Shown in pieces: positions 28,101 through 39,960 of a stretch of 64,000 bases of DNA. This DNA is from Camelus dromedarius. Its lineage: Eukaryota. Made by a program: the position numbers and the translations under genes. Location: the NCBI RefSeq assembly GCF_036321535.1, contig NC_087437.1, forward strand, positions 121,398,001-121,462,000, written 5' to 3'. Position 1 is the first letter of the stretch; each line of letters begins with the position of its first letter. The notes under the pieces were generated by a model. It was not told where the DNA came from. It made no database searches and was given only the letters and a program-made list of their open reading frames with translations.

Positions 28101-29079
28101 GTGCCCACACCAGAAAACTCATGTTTGTCTCCTGGGGCATAAAAGCCCCCAAACCTCTGTCTGCTCCTTCACTCATTTGTTCCCCGGCGACCTGTCCCTC
28201 CCTCCCACATTGTCCATAACCAGTGAGCTGCTGGGCTTTCTCAGCGAACACTCCTCTCAGTCCAGCCCAGCAGGCCCTGGTCCTCAGGCCACACCCTTCA
28301 CTGCATTCGGGCCATCTGATGACTGTCCTAGAGGTTCTGCTGGGCCAGGTGATGGTCCAGGGCCAGGGGCACGGCAGGGAAACCAGTGCCCGCACGGGGC
28401 TCCCCGCCAGGGACAGGCTGGCTGGAGACAGGAATGAGTGGGGGCTGGGATTCAGGCGGACCCCCAAGGGAGGCGTGTGGGTGCACCTTGCCAGGAGGGC
28501 ACCCCAGGGAAGACGGGTCAGAGGGGCTGGGGTCCGAGGGGCTGTGGGTGCTCAGGGCAAGGGGAGCGCACGGAGCCCGGTGTCTCCTGCTGGGAGGAGC
28601 ACAGGCCCCCGGAGAGATGGGGGGCGGGGGCGGGAAGGGCCGCTGCAGCCTCTGGGTGGGTGGCGGCTATGGAACAGGTGTCCCGGTGGCAGCCCCCTGG
28701 GCCTTCTCCCTTGTCGGTTGCCTCTCTTTGTGTCCCCAGCACCCAGCACAGCGGGTGTCAGTACATATCTCTTGAGCTGAATTTTTAAAACCAACCTATT
28801 ACATAGGACACAGCAACACTCCGAGCGTGGGCTGCATGCTTGAGGCTGAGTGCTGGCAGAGTCAGAGCCAAGCCCAGCTCTTCCTTCGCAGCTGCTCCAG
28901 ACTGCCCCTCAGGCACCGCAGTGGGAACGAGGCCCAGGTGCTCGTAGACACCTAACGTTTAGAGCTGGAAGAACCTGTGGAAGCCACAGTTGTTACTGGA
29001 ACAGGCCCACGGTGACCTCACACCTGTGGCAAGGACAGGGTTCTTCGGGGAAGAAGCAACAACTGGAGAACGAGCCAGA

Positions 29080-29850
29080 AGCCTTGAAACTGGAAACGTG
29101 ATTCTCTCAGTAAAAATTCAGTGGGGAGCCGGAGGAGAAAGAGGAAGCAATCTTCTGAAATGCAGAGAACGCAAAGGTGTGGATGAATTTGGGACAAATT
29201 AGGAAACCAGGGGGCTTTTCCAGGTATTGCACCCCCCACCGAGGAAAGTTCCAGAATGAGGAGACAGACAACGGGGGAGGGAAGACTAAGAGAATTAATA
29301 GGAGACAATGTCCCAGAGTCGAAGCGTCTCAGGCTGAAAGGCCACAGCGTCCTGAACAGGGTGAAGGACAGAAGGCCCACCGCTGAGGCGCCCGCTGAGG
29401 TCCGGGGACTCTGGGGCAGAGGGAAGACGGTCAGAGCTGGGCCAGAGGAGGAGTGAGCTGCCCACAGAGGGGCAGGGCCCCGCTGGCTCGGCCCCGCTGG
29501 CTCGGCATCGCTGGCGTCGGATTTCTGCAGGACGGCCTTGGCCCTTCCAGGAAACGGTGACTGGGAAGCTACAATTCGACACCTGGCTGAACAGTCCATC
29601 AAAGCCGACGGCAAGGCAGACCCGCGGGCAGACCTGCGGGAGCTCAGAACACACGCTTCCCACCCCACTTGAAACGAAGCTTAGGAGGAAGAAGGGGGTG
29701 TGGGACGGAGGGGACGTGCTCCCGCCCACACCCAAGGTCGCAGATTGCTGGCCGACGAGGTGGCCCCTGTGCAGACAGCACTGTCCAAGAAAGGCAGTCG
29801 GGGCCCCTGGAGCAGGGGCGCCAACCCAGGGACAGTCCTTGCAACAACAG
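29080..29850 (+). mobile_element. HAL1/L1 ORF1-like fossil, strongly GC-shifted
   Basis: RELIGDNVPE...LRLKGHSVLNRVK plus downstream segments collinear with HAL1/L1ME ORF1 as I recall it. Confidence 0.6.
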
Positions 29851-32479
29851 AATAATTATAAAGCGGACGAGCTGGGATGAACACACATATTTCTGTCATC
29901 AAGAAAAAGAAAGGAAAGCAACTAGAAACCCCAAGATACACCAGATGCGTGCGAGGGAAGGGGCACCCGGTGCCGAAAGCCGCCCGGGGCAGCAGCGTGG
30001 CGGCCGGAGCGTGTGAGGCGAGGGCTCCCCCGTGTCCCGGCTCCTCGGCGGCACCGCTCATCCGCGAGGCCCCCTTCCTTCCCGCTGACTCAGCCATGGC
30101 GCGAAGCGCTGCACAGAAGGACAGACAACGGGAAAAAGGGCGCCAGAAGCCCACATTCAGGAGCCTAATGCTTTAACAAAGAAAAGCCTGCTGCGCTGTG
30201 GCCTTGGGAAGTGGGCCCGTCACACAGACATGCCCCCCACAGGCCTCACGTGCCCACATCCAGGAGCCTTTCCTGCAGGTCCAGCCCACGTGAGCGCAAG
30301 GCTTCCACCAAGCCGTCGGTCGGACCCAAGGTCGGGTACCGCCTGCCGCCCGCCTGCCCTGCGCTGTTTTCGCAGCGGATGGTATTCAGATGTGAAGCCG
30401 GGGGACGCTCCTTCTGAGCAAGGGCTTGTCCGGGCAGGCCCATGAGCACAGCCCCCCGCGCGGGAAGCCCCTGGAAAGACCGCGGGGCCTGATACTGGCG
30501 CTGATGGGGGCTGGGGGAGGCGGAGTGCCTTTATTCCGAGCTCTGTAAAGGAATTATCTACCCTAAAGTGGAATTGTTGTTAATTTTCAAAAGAACTGTC
30601 ATTATTATTCTGTGAAGCTCTGGCTGCCGGCTAGGTGGCCACCCCGGAGGAGCGGAGCAAAGTCAGCCAGCCGCCCGCGTCCTCCTGGGGAGGGGCGCTG
30701 GGGGCGCGGGAGGCAGGCAGTGGGGATGGCTTTCCAGCCTGCGTCCTTTTAGGTCATGATCTGAGTATTTACAGTTACTTCTGTAATTTTTCAGCCCTTA
30801 CTTTGGATTCTATGTTTGTGATTTTAAAAAGTAAATGGGGAGGATGAAATGAAGTGGAAATAAAGTTTCATCAGAAGACAGAGATACACTGTTGGGTAAT
30901 AGGAGAATCGGGGCCCCCAGCCTTGACCACGTGCTGCCCGTGGCTGCCTCCCACGTGCCAGGCCACAGGGTGTCACTGGGCTCCAGAGGGGACGGGCGAC
31001 CCAGGGCCCCGCAGGTGGGCAAGGCTGGCCCCACAAGCTCCTTTTTCATCTGAGTGACAGGGGTGGGTAGGATCTTCTTCTGGGAAAGAGTTTCTGCCAC
31101 CAAACACAGCCAGGGCGAAAGCCACCGTGGGCGAGGCACACACGCTGGTGCCCAGGGTGGCGGAGGGGACGTGGTGCAGACGGCCAGCCATGGAGTCTGG
31201 AGAGGCCCTGGGCTTCTGTTTCCGGGGCGAAGCCACAGAGGGTGGGAGCCGCGGCTTCCTGGGCTGCGCCCGGCACAGGCGTCTCTCTGTCTGTGGATGT
31301 GAGAGCGGGGATTAGGGTGGAAGACAGCCCTCACTGAGGCGGCTGCTGTTTTAAGGCTCTGCAAACGTTTATTTTCAGCCTGAAGTTTTCCATCTAAATT
31401 CACATTTTGCAGTTTAACTGAATTACTTTCATTCATTTCTCAATTTCCGTAAGGTGATGAATTCCTTCCTCACCACTTTAAAAGTGCCTCCAAGGGTTTT
31501 GTTATTTCGCCTGCAGATAAATCCAAAGCAGCCCAGACTCGAGAGCTGGACTTTTCCCTTTGTCTGGCCTTTGCTGACAGCCCCTCCACCCCCGGGTGAT
31601 TCTGGGAAGAAAAAGGAAAAATAACAAAATCACACGTAATTGAAAAATCGCTTGGCCTCGGGGAGCTCGGGGTCCCACGGGCGCTCAGGGCTGCCCGTGC
31701 GGGCGGTTCTGTGCGGGCTGCTCGCCCTCCTTCTGGACAGTCTCCTACCGGCTTGGACGTGCCACCTTTCCCTTGCCCTTCCCCCAAAATCCGCTTCAGA
31801 AGAAAGAAATGAGGAGAATTCAACCAACCCTGCCAGGATGCTGGCCCTGTCCCGACTGGCCCCGAGGGACTGTCGTGGGGACATCTTGTCACCTAGAAAT
31901 GAACAGTGGTGAAGGCAGGGAGGGTCATGGTCACCCGCCAGGGGGAGTGGGCCAAGGCTGGGGGCCGAGGGGTCAGTAGCCTGCCTGCCTTGGTTCCTTC
32001 TGGCTCATTACATCCAATTCAATCTTGTAAATATCTAACTAAAATATTACTTATCTTGAGTCCTGGGTGTTTGGGGACAAGCCAGCTCAGTCCTTGTTCT
32101 AGTGGGTCAGAGGCTGTACAGTGACCTTGTGTGTGTTTCTGTGAAGTGTGCACGTGCGTGTGAGTGTGTGGTGGCAGGTACAGTCTAGGGTGAGGAGGGG
32201 CTGCAGCTGTGGGAAAATAAAAATCGGGAAAAACAGCCTGAGTCTGGCCTGTTTCCACATCACTCTCACCTCCCAGGGTCTCGGACCCGGGGCAACGCCC
32301 TTGGGAGTGAAAAGCACAGATATCTCCACAGGACAGGTGTGGAGGCAAGCAGGTGGGGCTGGCCTGGCCTCCAGCATTCACTGCCCCCCGACCCCCAGGG
32401 TCTCAGGGGCCGCTCCAGGCCTGCTTGTCCCTGGGAAGGGCAGGAGGGGCTGGAGGGGGAGACGGCACAGAGGAAAAGC

Positions 32480-33700
32480 ACAGCCTGGTGCTCGGAGGAG
32501 GTGCTCCAGCTAACCCAGACCCAACCGCGCAGTAGCCACGACTCTCTGCAAACTGGTCTTGAAATGTCATGCAATCCCAACCAGATTCTAGCTGCATTTC
32601 TTTCCGATAAAACTAATTCTGTCTTTGTATGAGAGAGAATAGAGAGCCACACATACTTAAGCCAAGGTTGAAAGGGAGGAGCAGAGAGTGAGGACTTGTC
32701 CTGGCAGACACTGAGGCATCAACGGGGGTCGCCTCAGAAGGATGCAGGAAAGACAGCAGACAAACCCAGACTGAAGGGTGCTCTGCAACGCCTCCCCGGT
32801 GCTGCCCGCCTGCCCGGGTCTCCCCGGCTGCCCATCCTCCCCGGCTGCCCGTCCTCCCCGTCCTCCCCGTCCTCCCCGCCTGCCCGGGTCTCCCGTCCTC
32901 CCCGCCTGCCCATCCTCCCCGCCCGAGTCGTCTGAAGCAAGGAAGTGTGAGAAGCTGTCGTAGCCAGAAGGAGCCGAAGGAAACCTGATGACAGAAGTAA
33001 GGTGATGTCCTAGACGGGGCCCTAGGACAGAAAAGCCAAGGAAACGTGAGGAATGCACGACCGTACGCCTCTTGTATGGTAGTGGTGCTGGGTGATTGGT
33101 TGTGACAAAGGTCCCTGGTGACATGCTAACAGCGGAGCAAACTGGGTGCAGGGCGTATGGACACCCCTGTACTGCCTCTGCAAACTGTCTGTAAATCTGG
33201 AAGTGCTCTAAAACTAAAAATGTATTTTAAACAAAGACTCAGGAGCTCAATTGGAAAGTTTCTCACAAGCACAATTTAAGCTTCAATAATGATCATGGGA
33301 AGATTCTTAAACCCATCATACGTCCCTAATCCCATAAATTCACAATCTTATTAAATAAAAAGAAATAGCTGTCTTCAGAGGGACAGGGAACCAGCTCGTT
33401 ACCGCAAAACTGGTGAGTGAAGGGACAGTCAGTGTTTGTCCTGCTTTTTACAAGTGCCTGCCACGGGCACCCAGCTAGCAGAAGGGGAGACATTAGAACT
33501 ATCGGTTGTGGTCGGACTGGGGTTGGAGAAGGAAGACTGAAGTGAGGCTATGGCCGTGGAAACCCAGCGCCTTCAGCGGTGGAAGTGCTGAGTCCATGGC
33601 GGCTGACATCAGAGACAACCCGCCACGCCTCCTGGAGTCCTGGCAGAAGCCTGCAACCTGAGCCTGTCTCCCCCCGACCACCCGCCAGCCCCCGGGAGAC
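32480..33700 (+). mobile_element. L1MC/L1MD-type 3'UTR fragments
   Basis: ...ggttgtgacaaag...actgggtgcagggcgtatggacacccctgtactgcctctgcaaactgtctgtaaatctggaagtgctctaaaactaaaa is a typical old L1 3' end. Confidence 0.7.
32791..32929. repeat. C-rich minisatellite (mixed 9-bp CTCCCCGTC and ~17-bp CTCCCCGGCTGCCCRTC units)
   Basis: Tandem units directly visible. Confidence 0.9.
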
Positions 33701-34026
33701 AGTGCACAGAGGTGTGTGTGGAACCCACAAGGCTGCGCTCAGCCGCCAGGCAGCCCGGGAGGGACCAGCTGGGGATGGAGGGAGGCCCCGTGGATCCAAA
33801 GACACCTGAACGGCACTCTAGTTACCTGGAAGCTTGGGCAAGAAAAGACCCAACTGCAGGTGGCCAAGCCGGACGGAGTGCACACAGGTGGTTCCCATGA
33901 AGGTCGGGTCCTGGTTACGGGGAGAGGAGACTGGGGGACCTTGCGGAGGGGCCACTGGGGGCCGGCAATGCTCTGCTTCTGAACAGGTGGTCACTCTGTA
34001 ATCATTCCTTCTGCTGTATTTGTTTT

Positions 34027-34071
34027 GTGTGGTTTTCCTTTTTTTTTTTTTTTTTTTTTGGTGTGGTTTTC
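34027..34071 (-). mobile_element. Poly(A)-only retroinsertion with 11-bp target-site duplication
   Basis: GTGTGGTTTTC (34027-37), then C-T21-G, then GTGTGGTTTTC (34061-71). Confidence 0.7.
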
Positions 34072-35379
34072 TTGCTTTCTATGTTTTAAGTTACAATAAA
34101 AAGATTAAAAAAAAAAAAAGAAAATCTAAAAAAAAAAGCAAATGTAAAACTGTAGCAAATAACTTTTCAGGTTAATCCTTTTGACCAGAATGTTTCACTC
34201 GTGTGACTGGAAGCCCCATCTGAGCAAGTTAACCAGTGGCCTGAGGTCAGGAGAGGAGCCTCGTTACTGCCTAGACCCACCCATGGGTTCACAGGGCTCC
34301 TTCTGACCGTGAGGGAAACCGTCGGTGGCTCGTGGCCTTCTCGCATCTCGTCGTCTTATGAGTGTCTGGGAGGCGCTCCCTCGGGATGCTAGCATCACTG
34401 CGCGGTGTGTGTGAAGCTGGCGGAGCAGGTCTTGTAAGCTCTCCTACGTAAACGCTCCTCTCTCTGCCCGGTTTCGATTTCAGGGACCCTGCCCGGCCAG
34501 GAGCCCAGCGCCCGCCCCGTGAGAGGCTCAGGGGGCTGGCCTGCGGTAGGTGGGGCTGCTTGCGAGTTCTTCGAGGCCTGTTCCCTCTCTCACGCCTCCC
34601 AGGCAACCTGGAGTCAACTCCAAGACCTTTGCACCCCCGCCACAACAGCGGAGCCGTGATTGTCTGAAGTAGATCCCATCTCTTTGGCCTGGAGAGCAGG
34701 TGAGATGCGGGAGAGGACAGAGAGAGGCGGTGCAGGCCTTGCCCTCAGTGGCGGGTTTCGTGCAGCCCAGAGCCCGTGCGGCGGGAAGCAGGCAGGGACC
34801 AGGATGTGACCTACAGATCCAGGGCTCTGGGGTAGGTAAGCTCGGGGCCACTGCGACCTTCCACTTTGGATTGTTTCCTCTCTGTTTAGTGCGTTTAACA
34901 CCCAGCCAGAGGAAAGTGGAAAATAACATGACAGACTCCATCTACCCCCACAGAGCACCAGAGGCCACCGCAATCACCGTGTGTCCGTCCCCAGCCCCGC
35001 CGTGGCCTCCCCGGGGATGCAGAGCCCTGAGTGGATGCGACAGGGCCCGGGGGACCTGCCCTGGCCTGGCACTCGAGCCACAGGACGGTCTGGACTGTTG
35101 TTTGCACAAAGATGAGTTAATTGTCAGTTTAAATATAAATCAGTAAACTATTTTCAACATTAAAAATAAAGTGAGAGCTGCTTATTTGCATCTGAAGACA
35201 TTTTAATGTGGAGTTACACGTACTTGATTAGGGAACATGATCCTTCTCTGAGAGATGTCAGGCTGCAGCTGATTCTCCCCCTGTTCTTTTTGCCTTAATA
35301 TTTAAAAATATTTCTATTGTGATCTCCTTTTGAACAAAAGAATGAAATATAACGCATTCTGCCCCCAGTTGTGGCAGAG

Positions 35380-38300
35380 GGGAGAGAAATAACAGCTGGA
35401 AAAAAAATCCCAATTTTGATGGAAAACATAAATTGAGAGATTTAAGAAGCTCAGCAAACCCAAGCAGAATAAATACGATGAGAACCACAGCTAAGTCTAT
35501 CACAGCCAAAGCGCTGAAAACCAGAGCTCACTAGGAACCTGTGACAGCAGCTATGGGAACACAGCTGCTGATAACAGCGATTCAAACAACTGACTGAGAA
35601 ATGAAGCCTCCACCAGGCAGAACATCAGTGAGGTCATAGTTGAACCAACAACACCATCAATCAACTGGATACAGCTGATGGCTACAAACTACTTCGTCCA
35701 GCAACAGCAGGACACATATTCTCCTCAAGTTCCCATGAAACAGTCACCAAGACAGACCACATTCTGGGCCATAAATACACCTTAACACACTTAAAAAAAA
35801 ATAGAAATCATACCCTGTATGCTCTCAGACCACGGTGGACTTAAATCAGAAATCACTGGCAGAAAGGTAGTTGGAAAAATCCCCAAACACGTGGAAACTA
35901 AGGAGCACACTTCTAAATAATTCACGATCAAGAAGGAAATCTCAAGAGAAATTTTAAAATATCTTGGTTAATAGAAATGAAAACAGCTTATCAGAATTTG
36001 CGTGATGCAGTGAAAGCATTTCTTAGAGGGAAATTTATAGCATTGAATCAATATATCAGAAAACAAACAAAAATCTAGAATCAATCACCTAAGCTTCTAC
36101 CTTAGGAAAGTAGGAAAAAGAAGAACTAATTAAATCCAAAGTAGGAAGAAAAGAAATCATAACTAGATTAGAACAGAGGTCAATGAAATTGAAAACAGGA
36201 AATCTATAGATGAAATCAACAAAACCAAAAGCTGGTTCTTTGAAAAGATCAGTACAGCAATAAGCCTCTACCCAGGCTAACTAAGAAAAAAGAGAGGACG
36301 CAGATTACTAACATCAGAAATGAGAGAGAGGACACCATTACAGATCCCAAAGACATCAAAGTGATGATAAAAATATTATGAACAACCTACGCTCACAAAT
36401 TTGATATCCTAGGCGAGAACGACCAACTCCTTGAAAGACACAACCTGCCAAAACTCACACAAGAAGAAGCAGACAAGCTGAACAGGCCTATGTCTTCTAA
36501 GGAGATCGAGTCAAGAATTAACGCCGTCCAGAACAGAGAGCACCGAGCCCAGACGGGTTCACTGGCGAAGTCTGCCAAACATCTAAGGAAGACACTGCAT
36601 CAATTCTCCGCAATCTCTTCTGGAAGACAGAAGCGGAGGTAACACTTCTTAACTCACCCTGTGAGGCCAGCATTGCCCTAACACCAAAACCAGACAAAGA
36701 TACTCTCGTGAACATAGGTGTGAAAATCCTCAACAAAACATTAGCAAATCCACTCCAACAATGTATAAAAAGAATCATACACCACAGCCACGTGAGGTTT
36801 GTCCTGGTATCCAAGGCTGACGTGACATCCAAAGTCAGCTAATACAATCCACCACACCAACAGGCTGGAGAAGAAAAATCACACGGTCGTGTCCATAGGT
36901 GCAGATGTCAAGTTGTATCTGACGAAATCCAACACCTACTTGTGATAAACACTCTCAGTGAACTCTCAGTAAGGAACTTCCTCAGCTGGATAAAGAACAC
37001 CCACAAAAATTCCTACAGCTAGCATCCTAGTTCATAGTGGGAAACACGAGGCTTTCCCACTAAGATCAGGTGAAGGACAAGAACGTCCTCTCTTACCTCC
37101 TTTCGACATCACATCAGAAGTCTTACCCAACACAGTAAGATGAGGAAAGGAAATAAAAGGGACTGGGAAAGAAGGAATAAAACTGTCTGTTCCCAAATAA
37201 TGTGAGTATCTAGGTAGAAATTTCAAAAGAATTGACCAAAAAAAAAAAGAAAAAGTCCCACAAAAACCAGAACTAATAAGTGATTACAGGAAGGCTGCCG
37301 TTTACAAGATCCGCATACAAATATTCACTGTTTTTCTATACACCAGCAACGAGGAAGTGAGATTTGAAATTAAAAGAACAGTATCATTTACATTAGCACC
37401 CCTCAAAATAAAATATTTATTTATAAATCTAACACAATGTATACAAGATCTATATGAGGAAAACGATAAAGCACTGATGAAAGAAATCAAAGAATTAAGG
37501 AAATACAGAGGTATTTCATGTCCATACATAGAAATAGTCAAGATTGTCAAGATATCAGTTCTTCCCAACCTGCTGTATAGATTCAGTGCAGTTCCAATGA
37601 AAACCCCAGAAGGTTGTTTTGAGGCTATCAACAAACTGATTCTAAAGTTTATGTAGAGCGACAAAGACCCAGAACAGCCAATACAATATGGAAGCAGAAG
37701 GACAAAGTCGGAAGACTGAGACTCCAACTTCAAGACTTACTGTAAAGCTGCAGGGGAAGACAAATAGATCAACAACCAGAGCAGAGAGCCCAGAAATAGA
37801 ACCATGTAAAAATGGTCAACGCGTCTTTAACCAAAAATACAGTGGGGCAAAGAGCCTTTTCAACAAATGGTGCCAGAACAATTGGACACCATATAAAAAG
37901 TAAATCTAGACACAGAGCTTCCACCCACCACAACAGTTAACTCACAGCGGCTCACAGCCCTAAACGTAAAATGAAAACTGTACAATTCTTAGCAGAGAAC
38001 AGGGGAGAAGACCTGGTGGGCCTCGGGTTTGGCGATGACTTTTTAGCTACAACACCAAAGGCGTGATCCTCAAAAAGAAGAACTGGTGGCCTTCATCAAG
38101 ATTTAAATGTTCTGCTCTGTGAAAGACACTGTCAGAATAAAAAGTCAATCCACAGATTGGGAGAAAATATTTGCAAAGCTCATATCTGACAAAGGACTGT
38201 TGTCCACAATATACAGAGAAGCCTTAAAAGTCAAAAATAAGAAAACAAACCACCTGATTTTTAAAAAAGGCTCAAAACCTTAACAGACGTCTCATCAAAG

Positions 38301-39262
38301 AAGATAAACACACGGCAAAGAAGCGCATGAAGAGATGCTCCACTTCAGACGTTATCAGGGAGACAAAAGTAAAACAATGAGAAACGATGACACACCCATT
38401 AGAATGGCCAAAACCCAGACACCAATGTCACCAAATGCTGGTGAGGATGTGGAGCAGCAGGGACGCTCATTCACTGCCAGTGGGAATGCAGGACGGTGCA
38501 GCTGCTTTGGAAGACAGTTTGGTGGTTTCTCACAAAACTAAACATGCCCTGACCCTACGATCCAGCAGTCATGCTCCTTGGTATTTGCACAAAGAAGTTA
38601 AAAACTCACGTCCATACGAAACCCTGCACAATGATCTTCAAAGCATCTTTATTCATAATTGCCCAGACTTGGAAACAACCAAGACATCCTTCAGGAGGTG
38701 AATGGATAAATAAACTGTGGTCCAGCCAGACAATGGAATATTACTCAGCACCAAAAAGGAATGAACTATCAAACCATGAAAAGATATGGGGGAAACTCAA
38801 CTACATATTCCTACATAAAAGAAGTCAATCTGAGAAGGAAGAAGAATACTGTATAAGTCCAACCATATGACATTCTAGAGAAGGTAAAACTATGAAGACA
38901 GTAAAAAGGTCAGTGGTTGCCAGTGGTTAGAAGGGAGAGAGAGATGAATAGGCAGAACACAGAGGACTTTCAGGGCAGAGGAGTTACTCTGTATGGGCCT
39001 ACAGTGATGGATACATGTCATTACACATCCGTCAGAACCAACAGACTGTGCAGCACCAAGAGTGGACCCTAATGCAAACTATGGACCTTGGGTGAGGATG
39101 TGCCAGTGCAGGGTCACTGATAACAAACACACCACCTGGTGGGAGGCATGATAACGGCGGAGGGTGTGCACGTGTGGCGGCAGGAGCGATAGGAACCATC
39201 TGCATTTTTTGCTCAATTTTGCTATGAAACTGAAATTGCTCTAAAAATAAGTCAATTAAAAA
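35380..39262 (+). mobile_element. Long L1MC1-like element (ORF1 tail, EN, RT, C-terminus, 3'UTR), disabled
   Basis: EN (caagacagaccacattctgggccataaa), RT (KYLFINLTQCIQDLYEEN...LPNLLYRF) and an L1MC-type 3'UTR ending tgctctaaaaataagtcaattaaaa. Confidence 0.92.
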
Positions 39263-39479
39263 TTTATGGCTAAGATTTGTGCATTTCAATGTACATAAAT
39301 CTACATAAAAGATTAAAATAGTGATAGCAATTGGCTGAAGGGTGGGGAATAAGTGGAAGTACAGACTTTCAAGGATGGAAAAATGGTACTGCGTATCGAA
39401 GTGTCCGATATATAGAGTGTATCACACAGTTCTGTGTAATATGTTTGAAATCTTCCACAGCACAACATTTTCTTACAAA

Positions 39480-39960
39480 GGCGATTGAAGAGAAAATGCT
39501 TGACATGGAGGACAGTCAAAAAAGAGTCAGCATGTGCAGAACTGGAGCCCCCAGGACGAAGACTGGGGGGCTCCAGTGGAACAGAGCAAGTATTAGGGCA
39601 CAGAACTCAAGAACACTCCTTACAATAAGACCTAAATTTACAGATTAAAGAAGTCACACTGCATCTCAAGAACAACGAACACCCCACAGCCTTGCCAACC
39701 CTAAGACACCTGGAAGTTCACCAGACCTCAAACAATTAAAACACTAATCTTTTCTCAGCAGCCCAGTAAGAGCAAAAAGCCAGTTACAGAGAGAAAGATC
39801 AGCCTGTCCTCAGACTCTTCACCACAGCAACTGACGCTGCAGGATAACAGGGCAATCCCGGTGAGGTCCCCGGGGAAGCCGTGCGCACACAGCTTTATGC
39901 CCAGCCGAACTGTCGCGGGTGCAAGGCAACGAACGCACGCTTCCCGGCGTGCAGAAGCTC
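39480..39960 (+). mobile_element. Old L1/HAL1 ORF1-like fragment
   Basis: gatcagcctgtcctcagactcttcaccacagcaactgacgctgcaggataacaggg resembles the L1 ORF1 C-terminal coding region. Confidence 0.6.

Noticed and set aside
3500..32500. Hundreds of 60-300 aa ORFs in the track (e.g. 6102..6956, 8520..9284, 26217..27125)
   Set aside because: GC-rich noise, often with non-ATG starts, no domain similarity and no splice-consistent chain that I could find.
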